A DNA stretch of 63,524 nucleotides, filler included, from Craspedostauros australis (GCA_030167865.1; 11 parts of 11 records of this genome joined end to end with filler, not necessarily neighbours in it), one strand, 5' to 3'. Counted from the whole stretch's first letter, positions 38,401-50,927 are shown. Numbers and translations are program-made. The notes: generated by a model not told the origin, from the letters alone.

Positions 38401-39584
38401 GGTGATAGATAATGAAGAGAAGTGGTCAAGCGGGTCGGCCACAAACCGGTAAGGAAGCAGAACAGCAACCGAGCATGTCAAAGATCGAAGGCACGCGCAG
38501 GCCACGCGCACACCACGCACAGACCAAAGCAGCAGCAAAGCAGCGAAACAGCAGCGAAACGAAGAAAAGGCAAACACAAACAAGATCGCCCAAAACAAAA
38601 ACAAAGACTTCGGTCATAATCCGTTCAGACGATCCTTTCACCATCACTTGACACCACTTTCGCTTCAATAATAGAATCGTCCTTGTTGTTCGATGCTGAC
38701 TTCTGCTTCTCCTTCTTCTTTGGCGTTGGCGTCTGCGCCTCGCTGTGCGTAGCATTGGAGGCCGTCATGTTGCAAACGGAGACATCGTTGACGACGATGG
38801 TGATGATGATAATGATTTGTGCGGTGATGTAGATGCAGATCTGCGGCGCACAGACTTTGCGTTGGCGATGTTGGTTGCCTTTTCCCAGAATCGGAGGAGG
38901 ACCCATAACCCATTGGTGCCCACTTCTATTTCGATCCTCCGCAGCAGCCCCAGCGTACCACTACGACTATGTGATGGCCAATACGTACATTGATCATGCT
39001 CTATCAATGGGCTTTGCCCTGGTCCTGTCCCAACAATGCCAGCTAGGATGTTGCGGTCCATTTCCATCACCATTGCTTCGTATTGTATGATCTCGTAGTG
39101 TTCCATTGTCAGGAGATCCTTGTGGAGAGTGGTAGAGGCGCCACGTCCCACTCCTGACGAGGGCACGCTCTGGAGAGATGCATACACTTGGAGCGCCAGA
39201 GGAAGAGACAGTAGGTGCGTCAGCACATGTTCTTACAGCTGCAGAGTTGAGCATCGTGGAGTCGATTGTTTTGGTACTATTGACTGACTACTCGTGTTGA
39301 AATGAAACGCTCTGGGCATATTATGGTGATTTTACAGATTATATGTATGCTATTGTGTTTCTGCATATGCCTGTTGGGACAAGAGAGCGCTGGTCAAGAT
39401 TGATCTGTCAGGCAGTATGCGGGTGGACGGCGAGATCCCTTGGATACTTCCGGTGCGTTGGAGACCCAATGAAAAGGGTGATTTTGTTGTTATCCGTAAG
39501 GCAGCTGGCCCAAACCCTTCAAGACCTGGATTTGGCGCGGAACCGGAGGAGGGATGTGTTCGTGCTCCTGCTCCCACAGGCCAC

Positions 39585-42128
39585 TTAGGTGCAGTCTGGG
39601 CAAGAGCTGCCGGAAGCAATGGCGAAGACGGCAGTTACAGGCGCGCAGGAGTCGCCTGCACCAATACCGCTTTTGCACCGGTTGCATTGTGAGTTATCCA
39701 CAACGACGGCGTTGCACACGCCGTCGGAGAGGGTGATGTCCGCGTTAAAGTCGTAGTCGTAGCCCAAGTATTTGCAGGAATCCGCCGGCACGCAAGTACC
39801 ATCACCGATAATTGTGTCTCCCTCGAACTGATTGTACGGGATGGATGGTGAGGGGTTGTTGTTGCTGGCGTGAGCGTTCATGTATGCGCACGAAAATCTA
39901 CCGACACAGGACCCGGCTCCCACAATAGTGTTGGACACACGCTTGTTGTCGGTGGTGCCGTTGCCCGTAGTGGGTGTTATGGTCTTGTAGTCTTCTGGTC
40001 CAGCACCCATGGCAGCGCAGGCAAATGATGCAGCACATGATCCTGCGCCAATAATGGCGTCGCCGTTGGACTGTTGCGCGAAGGAGTAGCATGGCTTGTA
40101 TCCATAGCATGATCCTGGCCCAATGATGGAGGCCTTGTCACTTCCAGAGTTGAAGTTGAAATAGGAGCATGGAAAAGAGCCAGAGAGGCAGGATCCCTGG
40201 AAGATCATGGACTGAGTCTCGATGCTTTTGCAGGCCTTGTACCCAATGCAACTGTCGGATGCGATAGACGCGATGCCGATCCAGGAGCAGGCCTCGCCTC
40301 CTTTGCAGCATGTGCGTCCTGCCATATCACACCAAGCCATAGCATCAGGAGCGGTTCCAGTGAACATATCACCGGCGGCGGCGACGGCCGCGCTGAAGAC
40401 CTCGAGGACACCGGTCTTTTCGCTGATGGTATTGAAGAGAGCGACGCCGTCAGCAATGGTTGCCTGGTTTTCAAAGATCCCAAGAAGATCTGCTTTGTTT
40501 TGGATAGTGGAGAGAAGGGACATTCCCGCGGATGTGCTTGGTGTTGCAAGGGCATCCAGGAATGTCTGGGGAGTTGGAGCTGCTGTTGGAGCTGCTGTCG
40601 GACCAGTGGGTGCTGATGTTGGAGCAGAAGTTGGAGCTGCTGTTGGAGCTGATGTGGGAGGTGACGTGACAGGTGTTGGGAAAGGAGTGGGAGAAAAGGT
40701 CGGAGAGTCTGTGGGCAAGGTGTCCTTGCCAATGCAGTACTCATCTACCTTGTCACCAGTAGGATTGCCACCAGAGCTGCTGCCTCCCTTTGGACAGGCC
40801 CCGTCCACGCTGCTGATGATGTAGACTTCGTCGGAGTCGCACTCCGTCTTCGTCATGCATCCCCTGCAGCCTTTGACACTGCTGCATCCACCAGGAGGGA
40901 CGACGAGGTCGGTTGTCATCTTCTCACTGAAGCCCATCTTCTCGCATGACCCATCAGCGGCACAGCCACCAGCACCAATGGTCAGGCTGCCTGCACGCTT
41001 GCCAGCAGTACCATAGTTGACAGTTGAATGGGCGTCCTTGCAGGCATTGCTGCCGACGCACGCATTCTCACCGATGTCGATGTGACTGCGGATGCGGGTG
41101 GTCTTCTGCACGACGCGGCGTCCAGCTGCCTTGCATGCGTCTGTCCCAACGCATGCACCAGTCTGGATGGTGACATCACCATGAGAACGACGTCCCACTC
41201 CCTCACAAGATTGAGGGGTGGTGCATGCCATCTCACCAACGAAGGTGACTCCTGTGATGGACGGGTTGATTTCATTTTCGTTCATCAACTCGCATGCACT
41301 CGCGCCAGTGCAGGAGGAATCGAGAATGAGCGGATTGGGTCCCATATCCTTGCAGGCGCTGTCGCCGGTGCATGCAGTGATGGCGACGGTCATGAATGGA
41401 GGAGAGTTGGAGGCGGAACCGGTGACTGAAGTGCATCCCGAGGATCCTTGGCAGCATGGATCTGCGACGGCAGGCGATTGCATCGCAGCGATGTCCGTGC
41501 ATGCTGTGCTCATTTCATCTGGTCGTTCAGTGACGAGGATTGGCTTGGTGGCAGCGACCATGGCCAATTGGGCAGAAAGGATATCGCTGGATGCGTACTT
41601 GCTGAAGAGCTTGCGTGCAGCTCCTTCGCCGAGGTCTCCTGCGCATCCGAAGAAGTTCTGCAGTTGCTCGGATTCCTTGACGGCGGTGATGGCTTCGCGG
41701 CAGGATGACTTGTTCGCATCGCAGATGATGGTCTTGGCGCTAATCTCTTCCATTGTGAGATCGGTAGCGCCGTCCGGCTTGCAGACAACGGAGATGGTGG
41801 AATCGAAGACGGTTGGGGCAGCTGATGGTTTGGCAGATGGTAGGAGAGTGGGCTGGGAGGTCGGCGAGGCAGTCGGCGACCCAGTAGGCAATGCGGTCGG
41901 CGGGGTCGTTTCTGGATCAGTTGGGTTTTCAGTGGGTGGCACTTGGTTGATCTTGTTGCTCTTGTTGGTGTCACCGCCGGCGTCCTTGAGGATGCGGGTC
42001 TTTGTCATCGCCGTGTGGAGTTCCTCGGTTGGATCCACAGGAATCCTGTTGCCGCGGAGCACGGCGTCGACCGTTGCCGTGTCGGCGAGAGCGAGAAAGG
42101 TCGCGAAGGCTGTCTTGGTGTAGATCAT
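39585..42128 (-). CDS. Secreted 847-aa Cys/Gly-repeat protein with two Pro/Thr-rich (PTxxPT) linkers; putative extracellular matrix/cell-surface glycoprotein
   Basis: Uninterrupted ORF. Signal peptide then VLRG and RIL motifs; repeated IGxG(S/A)CxGxxAC units in two blocks; PTASPTSQPT and PTSAPTAAPT tracts. Confidence 0.88.
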   Translation of the reverse strand: MIYTKTAFATFLALADTATVDAVLRGNRIPVDPTEELHTAMTKTRILKDAGGDTNKSNKINQVPPTENPTDPETTPPTALPTGSPTASPTSQPTLLPSAKPSAAPTVFDSTISVVCKPDGATDLTMEEISAKTIICDANKSSCREAITAVKESEQLQNFFGCAGDLGEGAARKLFSKYASSDILSAQLAMVAATKPILVTERPDEMSTACTDIAAMQSPAVADPCCQGSSGCTSVTGSASNSPPFMTVAITACTGDSACKDMGPNPLILDSSCTGASACELMNENEINPSITGVTFVGEMACTTPQSCEGVGRRSHGDVTIQTGACVGTDACKAAGRRVVQKTTRIRSHIDIGENACVGSNACKDAHSTVNYGTAGKRAGSLTIGAGGCAADGSCEKMGFSEKMTTDLVVPPGGCSSVKGCRGCMTKTECDSDEVYIISSVDGACPKGGSSSGGNPTGDKVDEYCIGKDTLPTDSPTFSPTPFPTPVTSPPTSAPTAAPTSAPTSAPTGPTAAPTAAPTPQTFLDALATPSTSAGMSLLSTIQNKADLLGIFENQATIADGVALFNTISEKTGVLEVFSAAVAAAGDMFTGTAPDAMAWCDMAGRTCCKGGEACSWIGIASIASDSCIGYKACKSIETQSMIFQGSCLSGSFPCSYFNFNSGSDKASIIGPGSCYGYKPCYSFAQQSNGDAIIGAGSCAASFACAAMGAGPEDYKTITPTTGNGTTDNKRVSNTIVGAGSCVGRFSCAYMNAHASNNNPSPSIPYNQFEGDTIIGDGTCVPADSCKYLGYDYDFNADITLSDGVCNAVVVDNSQCNRCKSGIGAGDSCAPVTAVFAIASGSSCPDCT

Positions 42129-43916
42129 GGTTGCTCGGTACTTGGTGGTTGGTGATTGATCGTTCAGGGTTGATAGTTGTTTGTTTGGTGTTATTGGTTG
42201 ACAACTTGGATGGATTTATGAGATGAAGAGTTTGATTTGTTGTTTGTTTGGACCATTTTGCTTGCGTCTTCGATGTTGTGCATGAGGCAACATGGTATGA
42301 GCATGGCATGGTGTCCAGGGAGGCCAAAGCTCCTTCACGACCTGGAACCTTCACATGTCATCATCTGTCATTCTTCTTGATCTGCTGTTCTCGTCTGTAC
42401 CAGGACAGGGCTTTGTCGCGGTCTGATTTCCACAAGCGCACACTATGTGTATTGGCACGCAACACGCAACATGTAACCACCACAACTCATTCGGTGAAAC
42501 AACACTCTTGGAGTAGAGCAGCGGAAAATACATTAACATCTTGATCGCTTCAACGCAAGAACGCAAGCGATGAATCGGTGTCTGAGTCTGCACCTTCCCA
42601 GCGAAAAAGGAGAGAGAAAAACACTCGCCAACTGTTCGGACGGAAGGGTCTTCCGTGATCGTCACCTATGTGATGCAAACACGATCAGGTCATAGAAGTT
42701 CGCAGAGAACGAGAGCTGGTTGTGCCTTGAGGATCAAACACGTTTCCGAATTCTGGCTGGGGCCTGCGTGGGTGGGAATGCGGTTTGGTCTTTGAATATG
42801 TATCCTGGAGTAGAGTATCGCTTCTTGTTTACGACTTGATATCCCTATTGAGTTTTGTTTCATGGTGTTCTTCGTACAAGTGCCATCAAAGCAAGTTGTG
42901 GGGCCAGAGAGGGCCAATTCTTCTTCCCGGGGAAGACCTTCCGAACAAGGAAGGTTTCGGCCTCTCAGAGGGTGGTCCAAAGCAGTAAAGACACATCCAA
43001 ACATAAAGCGGAGACCACACTGCGTGAAAACAACACGGTATTTTCGATACGCCAAAATTGGAGCCATGTGCACTCCACATGTGCACCTCCCTTGGCTGAT
43101 CTCATGTCTCTCCTTCCACACTACCAACTGCTGTGTTATGCAACCAATACGGTTGAGCAATTGCCATTGCCACCTCTCCGTGGTTTCTTCTTGCGTCGAC
43201 ACAAAATTCCACCAAGTTAACACACATGTGGCTCAGTGCGTCGCCGATAGTTCCTGGCTAAATGACTGTTGAGAGGAAATGTGCGATCGACGGGTTGTCA
43301 TACTGTATCACATGAGCCAGACCAGATCCCAGAAGTTGTCTCTTGAGTGTCACAACGACGACACGCAGTCTTGAGAAAGGGATGAACACGCGAATGTGTC
43401 GCAACTGTTCTCCAGAGGCATCCATTGGAGTTTGATGTCGATGACCAGAACGGCAACACAAGAGCAACGGCACGCTGAGGTGCGCACCAATGTGAGCATC
43501 ACCCGTACGATTGCGCGACCGAACCACATCTTACAACCTGACAACAATGTTTGCATAGAAGGCTCAACATCCGATCACAATTGTATGGGGTTTGAATCCC
43601 CACTGTTTGCGCTGGTGATGCCGCCACTTCATCAACCGCGGCTCCGACATTCGTAATGTTGCACTGTCCCAAAGAGAATCATCCTGTATTGTTCCACAGC
43701 AATCATCACCGCAAACTCCTTTCCACCAAGAAGAGCAGAGCGATCCCCAGCAAGACACGGGAATTTCGCCGAAAGTTCGCAGAGACCACGCGCGCAAGAC
43801 TCCAATCAGTCCGGTCCCATTCACAACCACGCCCAAACCCCAATGACCTGGACGGGGGCACCAAGCCCGTGTGTCAAGACGTTAAGTAGACGTTATAGGC
43901 GTTAAGAGTAGTATTG

Positions 43917-44110
43917 TTACTTTCATCGAAGTCCTGTTACTTTCATCGAAGTGGTATTACTTTCATCGAAGTGGTATTACTTTCATCGAAGTGACATTAC
44001 TTTCATCGAAGTGACATTACTTTCATCGAAGTCCTGTTACTTTCATCGAAGTGGTATTACTTTCATCGAAGTGGTATTACTTTCATTGAAGCGTGACTAC
44101 TTTCATCGAA
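43917..44110. repeat. 20-bp tandem repeat x10, TACTTTCATCGAAGT plus a variable pentamer
   Basis: TTTCAT(C/T)GAA occurs every 20 bp from 43921 to 44101. Confidence 0.95.
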
Positions 44111-44240
44111 TGGTTGCGACCATCATTGGAACGTGCGTACNNNNNNNNNNNNNNNNNNNNNNNNNNNNNNNNNNNNNNNNNNNNTTAATTAATTAANNNN
44201 NNNNNNNNNNNNNNNNNNNNNNNNNNNNNNNNNNNNNNNN

Positions 44241-47200
44241 GTTCGACGGTATGGAGGACACCATGACCCTCGAAGACATCCGCGAGGCTGTCAGCGCCAC
44301 CTACGACGGGCGACACCTCAAGCTTGGCGGCAACAGACGTGAGAGCAACAGTAACAAGGAAGAGACTGCATTCGCTGCAGTAGGAGGCTTCAAAGGCCAC
44401 TGCCGCAACTGTGGCGCCTACGGCCACAAGAAGGCAGACTGCCGCTCCGCCCCCAAGAAAGGCAATGGCAAGAACAAGAAGAGTGGCCAAGGAGACAACA
44501 ACAGCAAGCCCAAGTTCAATGGGGAGTGTAAGTACTGCGGTAAGAAGGGACACAAGATCCTGCAGTGCTTCAAGCTGAAGGCAGCCATGAAGGAGGCAGA
44601 CTCGGCCAACGTGGCAACTGATGGAATGGAAGGAAACAACGACGTGGCTCTTATGATGACAGATGAGCTATTTTGTGTCCCCACCTCAGGAAACACGAAC
44701 GAATTGGAAAATGTGACCAACTTATCTGTGAACACAGACGAGGGAAAAACACGCGACATCGGAAGCAACAATCAATCCGGCTCCAACGTAATGGAAGACG
44801 TCGCCTTTGCATCCATCGTCCAACAGGCTGACACTTCTCCCATTGTTTCCTTGAGACCACACAACGTCAACAACAAGATGAGCAACTCCAACCAAGGACA
44901 AGAGTCCTACTACGACGCAAGCCTCACCAACGAAGGGGCCACCGACACCGAAGACGTAGATGACGACATGGGCGGTGCCAACCGAGGAGAAGCGGCACGT
45001 CGCCCTATCTTCAACTTCGCCCCAGAGCTCTCTCGTGTGGACCGCATGATCGGGAACTCAACAGGGCTCACCACCAACACGGCCTGGTGCCCTCTGTGCC
45101 TCAAGCGAGGACCACTCTACGCATGGTGCATGGAATGCCCCCAAGTTCCTTTCTTCATCCAGCTCCACAATGAGCCGAGTGGCAATGTGCCAACCAACGA
45201 TGAGGAGCGCGCGGAGCGACGCACCAGACTCGAAAGAGCTGGCTCCCTCCGCAATGCTGTGCGAGCATCGTTGAGCAACGTGCTCCGAGCCAATGAGGTG
45301 CGAAACGAACTCGCCCTATTGTACTACGACGCTGTAGCTACTCACACTGGGGACCGCACTCCACTGATCGAGCCGCGCACGGTGTACTTCAAGCTACACG
45401 AGATCGGGATGATCACCACATTGAGTGTGTGTCGCAACCCGTGCAACATCAACAACAGTTTGGAATCTCGTCGCTTCGACCCCCTCCCTAGCGATCTGAT
45501 TACGCGCATGACCCACCATGCCGCGAACTCCATCAGTTGGACCCATCACCAAAGTGACTGCGGAGTCAGACTCCCAAAGCCGGAGCACTGGGTGCTGCCA
45601 ATCTACTCTGAACGCGCAGAGCAACACGAAGTAGCAATGGTGGTCGGCAACACTGACAACGTTAGCGCAAGGCGCTCCTCCGTCGCACCGGACAACTACG
45701 AGACCAACACCTGGTTGGGCGATTCGGGCGCATCATGCCATCTCACCAACAACGACGAAGGGATGACCAACGTTCGCGTCTCCGATCAGAATGTTAAGAT
45801 CGGGAGCGGACGCTTCCTCAAGGTGACCAAGGTGGGCGACAAGCGCATGACCGTCATGCAAAGAAACGGAAGGAGATACAACGTGGTGCTCAAGTCGGTG
45901 AAGTACGTGCCCAAATTGTGGGTTAATCTACTGAGCATCAACAAGGCTCTCGAGAGCGGATTCAACATCAGCAACCTCGACGTCATCATGACCCTGAAGA
46001 AAGGCAAGGCCCGCATCACCTTTGACCGCATCATGGCGACTCATAGCGGGTTCGTTTGCGGAGTGACCATGGTGAACAACGCCAAGACCGACGACCAAGC
46101 TCATGTCGGTGTGTCAACCGACGCACCAGTCGACATCAACACAATTCATAAAAAGTTAGGCCACGTTGACGCGTACACCATCTCTCGAACAGCAGGGAGG
46201 TACGGCTGGAACGTGACAGGAAAACTGAACGTGTGTGTTGACTGNNNNNNNNNNNNNNNNNNNNNNNNNNNNNNNNNNNNNNNNNNNNNNNNNNNNNNNN
46301 NNNNNNNNNNNNNNNNNNNNNNNNNNNNNNNNNNNNNNNNNNNNNNNNNNNNNNNNNNNNNGGGCAAATACTGGCTTCTTGTGATCGACGATTACAGTGA
46401 CTACTGCTGGAGTTACTTCATCACAGAGAAAAGCGACGTGGGGTCGAAGATGCTTTTGTTGTTCCAATGGCTCCAAGCGAATCAGCGAGTAACGGTTCAA
46501 AATGTCAGATGTGACAACGCAGGAGAGAATCGTTCTGCAGAGAAACTCTTACTTAACANNNNNNNNNNNNNNNNNNNNNNNNNNNNNNNNNNNNNNNNNN
46601 NNNNNNNNTGGGAAATCGCGACAGAGACCGATGTCGAAAGCGACTCAACAACGAGCGAAAGGAGTCGGGGATCGATTGTTCATGGACACATCCAGTGTTC
46701 AGACACACAGCCTGGGAAAGGGCAAATACTGGCTTCTTGTGATCGACGATTACAGTGACTACTGCTGGAGTTACTTCATCACAGAGAAANNNNNNNNNNN
46801 NNNNNNNNNNNNNNNNNNNNNNNNNNNNNNNNNNNNNNNNNNNNNNNNNNNNNNNNNNNNNNNNNNNNNNGACAACGCAGGAGAGAATCGTTCTGCAGAG
46901 AAACTCTTACTTAACAAGGGATTCGCCCCAACCTTCGAGTACACTGCGGCATCGACCCCGCAACAGAATGGTCGCGTCGAAAGGAAATTCGCGACACTAT
47001 ACGGCAAAGTACGCGCTATGCTGAACCAAACCCATCTACCAAAAACAACGCGAGGCAAACTGTGGGCAGAGGCTGCTCACACAGCGACACAGCTGGAGAA
47101 CATCATTGGCACGAAGTCAAGGGAGCCAGCGTGTATACTGTTCAACGGAAAAATCCCGAAGTATGCAAATGACCTGCGTGTGTTCGGTGAGATGGGGATG

Positions 47201-47917
47201 GTACACATCGGTGGACAGGCTATCAAGGCCAANCTAGACGACCGCTCCAAACCTGCCATGTTCGTGGGATACGGANAGTCGCACGCGAAAGGAGTGTACC
47301 GCATGATGAACCTTGCTACCTCGAGAATCCTGATGACTCGAGACGTAACATGGTTGAATAAGTCGTATGGAGAGTTCAAAGGTATCAAGGATGCCAACAG
47401 ATCCAGAGTGATGAACGCAAACGACGCCTCCTCATCAAGAGACTCGTCTCCAGAGAGAGGAGTGACTTGGCTTCGTCAATCGGACAGTATGAGTGATATA
47501 GAGACCGATGACGATGACCAGCGCAGCAGAACCGAAGAACAAGGAGATTCAGAAGATGCCGTGCTAGAGCAGGACGACCTGCTACCCGTCCAGGAGGATC
47601 AGGAACCAGACGATGACGTCGGCGATGAATCCGGAAGGGACGAGGATGAAAGGAGTGAGGAAAGGACGGTAGAAGAAGAACCGCCCTCGACTCCAGTCGC
47701 AGCACCTGTTGCGTACGTACCGAAGATGGTCAGAGATCTCGCAGGGTATAACAACTCGCCCGTTCCTAAAGAGGACAGAGACTACGGATCTAGCGAGGCC
47801 TCCGAGTCCGACGATGAGAAGCAAGAGACTGCTCAAGAGATAGAAGTCGAACCAACAACGACAGGGGGACCCAGCTTCCACACAGACGGGTCGATGTTCA
47901 ACAGAGACGTCGCAGGC
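44241..47917 (+). mobile_element. Ty1/copia gag-pol fragment: two CCHC knuckles, long insert, protease, GAG-pre-integrase, integrase; no RT
   Basis: CRNCGAYGHKKADC, CKYCGKKGHKILQC, WLGDSGASCH, IHKKLGH, LLVIDDYSDYCW, TPQQNGRVERKF, LWAEAA. Segments 46362-46558 and 46610-46916 are redundant around gaps. Confidence 0.95.
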
Positions 47918-47998
47918 TGTTGGAAATCCGGGGTTATAGTTAGTACTAAATTCTAATCTGCTGTTAGAAACTGTACCGTTTTAGAACTGTGAGCACAA
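47918..47998 (+). mobile_element. Probable start of an LTR (TGTTGGAAATCC) interrupting the pol frame
   Basis: Abrupt switch to AT-rich sequence at a canonical TGTTG copia terminus, before any RT sequence. Confidence 0.55.
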
Positions 47999-48098
47999 NN
48001 NNNNNNNNNNNNNNNNNNNNNNNNNNNNNNNNNNNNNNNNNNTTAATTAATTAANNNNNNNNNNNNNNNNNNNNNNNNNNNNNNNNNNNNNNNNNNNN

Positions 48099-48745
48099 TT
48101 TGGTTTGGAGCGATTGCGTCGCGGCATGGGTGGTTCGAAGGGTGGTGGCGATGGCATCGGTTTGATGCCGTTATCGGACGATGCATGCTGCGCCATGAAG
48201 TTGTCATAATCCGTCCACAATCCGTCCACAATCCGTCCACAATCCGTCCACAATCCGTCCACAATCCGTCCACACGCTGATGTCTTCATCCGACAGCACA
48301 ACGGGGCGTTCTTGTGGATCGATGACGATGAGCACGGGAACGAAATGGGTCGATGCCGACGGTGCCGGCGCTTCTCTCGTGATCATGCGGTCGATGGAGC
48401 TCGTGCGGCCGTGTCGGAAGGATCGATTGATCGAGCGCAAGGCCGGACGGTCTTTCTCGTCTCACAGTTCGTCGCGGAAGTCTTCATCTTCATCATCTTC
48501 ATCGTCTTCATCCGATTCCTCACTGCTACTACTGCTGCTGCTGCTCGAACTAGATTCCTCGCTGCCGCTGCTGTCCGTTTCGGAGTCATCAAGCGATTCC
48601 TGATCCCAGCTGGCATTCTGATGCAAGACGCAATGGATCGTCCTGCTGGGGCTGCCATCGTGCGGCAGCGCAAGTTCATCGTCGCTTCGGTTGGCTGTGG
48701 CTGTGGCTGTGCATGTGGCTGTGCATGTGGCTGCTCATGTCGTCA
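48099..48745. repeat. About 640-bp duplicate of 55892-56526 (the two ends of the same scaffold)
   Basis: Near-identical, with a few SNPs and 6 vs 5 copies of an 11-bp unit. Confidence 0.9.
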
Positions 48746-49105
48746 ATCTGATATTCTATTCTATTATAGAATACTATTATATTATATTAGAATATAATAC
48801 TATGCCTCCTCACAGTCTGATATCCCCAATGAGATGGCCTCCGCGGTGGGTCTGTGCGTCCTGAGCCATGGACCCCTCTTCCTCCTCCCGTACTCCAAAT
48901 TCGTTGTGATGCACCTGTGCAGGCCAAAGCACAAGAGCGGATGCGAACCCTCCGAGATTTGGGTTGCTTTTGGAGTGGTCGTCTTGGTCAAGTGCGATCG
49001 AATGTCAGTTTCAACGGAATTCCCGTGTCTTCCTGACCGACCAACCAACTATCCAACCATCCAACGAACCATCCATCCAACCACCTCCGCTATCCAACCA
49101 AACAG

Positions 49106-50000
49106 GATTACAAGCCACTCAAGATCACGTTCCTTTCATCCGACACCGGCGGCGGACACCGCGCATCTGCTCAGGTGTTGGCGAAGCAATTCCTCATCAA
49201 GTACCCCAGCAGCACCTACGAATCGGTCGACGTTTGGACTGATTATGGCGTTCTGCCATACCGCACCATCAAGACCAGCCACAAGAGAGCGTCGTTCAAA
49301 CCGTGGCAGTGGAGGATCTTCTACCACCTCTCCAACATCCGCCTCAACATCCGCCTCAACCACGTCTCCAATCTCTCCAGCCAGACGTCGTCATCTCCGT
49401 TCATCCAGCGATGAACTTCACACCCCTCAAGGAGACCATCCGCATCTCCAAGCATCAAGGCAAGCACATCCCAGTCTTCACCGTCGTTACGGATCTCGGA
49501 TCCGCTCACAGGATGTGGTTCTCGAAGCACGTTGACAAACTCGACGTCGCATCAGAACGTCTCCGCGTCTCTGTGTCTGTGTCTGTGTCACCGCCAGGAA
49601 ACAAGGCAAGACACCCGACGAGGACATCGTCCTCACAGGACTGCCCATCCGTCATGGCTGCCCATCCGTCATGACTTTGCCGTCCAGGCCGACAAGCTTG
49701 GCGACCGCACTTCCGAAACCGGCAAGAAGTATCAGCATCAGATCCGTTTGCAGGTCTGCCAGCAGGTCCTTGGCGATGACGGCGATGAGGCCTATGACGT
49801 CTATGACCCATCCAAAAAGATGGTCCTCATCATGGGCGGCGGAGAAGGTGTTGGAGGATTGTCGGAGAATGTCGATCAAATGTACATCGACCTGGTCAAC
49901 CGCGGTGTCGATGCCACAATCTGCGTCGTGTGCGGCTGAGATGAAAGGCTGAAGACTGATCTGGAGGCTCGTGATTGGGACGCCATCATCAGGGAAGCAA
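49106..50000 (+). pseudogene. MGD: Monogalactosyldiacylglycerol synthase (MGD, GT28) pseudogene, N-terminal two-thirds only
   Basis: FLSSDTGGGHRASA, PDVVISVHP, IPVFTVVTDLGSAH..WF, GLPIRHDF, VLIMGGGEGVG and CVVCG* are spread over different frames. TGA at 49937 sits where R of VCGRN is expected. The C-terminal GT28 motifs are absent. Confidence 0.9.
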
Positions 50001-50927
50001 ACGAAGACGGTGCGGAGCAGTCCGCCAGACGGCGGCGGCAACGACTGAGACGACGAAGAACGAGAACAAGGAGATCGCCGATGACATTGGCAAGCATACT
50101 CAAAATTGGATCAAGCTGAATGAGGGAGTGCGAATCGAGTATGAATCAAGAGCACAGACTCGTTGGACAACATGCCTGAGTGGGATACAAGCGCACCCAT
50201 GATGGAATGGCATGCAATGCAATGCAATGCAATGGGCCGATGAATCGATCGATGGATCGATCGATCCAATAACGACATCTGAAGTTGGACTAGAGAACAA
50301 ATAGTTAATTTTAGCCAACCTCAACACCAACAACATGCAAGAGTCGTGTTGATGTTTTTGAGTAGCGTTCACGAGAACTGCAAGCATGGCAGAGTACTTG
50401 TGGTGTGGAGTACGTATGTAGACTCTTGTGTGGGACGAAGGTCCTCTCATTCGTGTAGGTCGATGCATGCCTGTGGTCATGTCCAGAACCCTTCGACGAA
50501 ATTAGGAATGAGGCAACAGTGCAACGGACGTTGTGTATTCAGAACCGAATACAGGTATAGTGGCCAATCAGGAGTGTGCTGTGACTGAAGGAAGTCGAAT
50601 CGAATCGAATCGAGCCAAATCGAGTCGAATTGAGTGTTGTGTTGTGTTGTGAGGTCCAAGGCATGAATGCGAGGACGAGTGCCACGACATCCAATCGCCC
50701 ACAGTAAAAATGGCGCGAAAGTTCGGCGGTTCGCAACTGGCGCTCGTGAAAACCCAACTGTCTTGTTCCCTCCACTGTTCCTTCCGCCAATCACACACAA
50801 ACACACGGTTGCAACAAAATCAAGCACCAAGAAAACAAGCAAGACAGTCAGCAAGACAAATCATAAATTGACTGCCACAACAATCACTTTCCATCATCAT
50901 CACCGCCACCAAGCAAACCATCTGACA

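Noticed and set aside
38625..38768. Short Lys-rich ORF (MTASNATHSEAQTPTPKKKEKQK) as a first exon of UTP4
   Set aside because: Plausible, but I could not find a phase-compatible donor/acceptor pair; left unannotated.
43917..44110. CRISPR-like array
   Set aside because: Spacers are only 5 nt and recur, there are no cas genes, and the context is eukaryotic.
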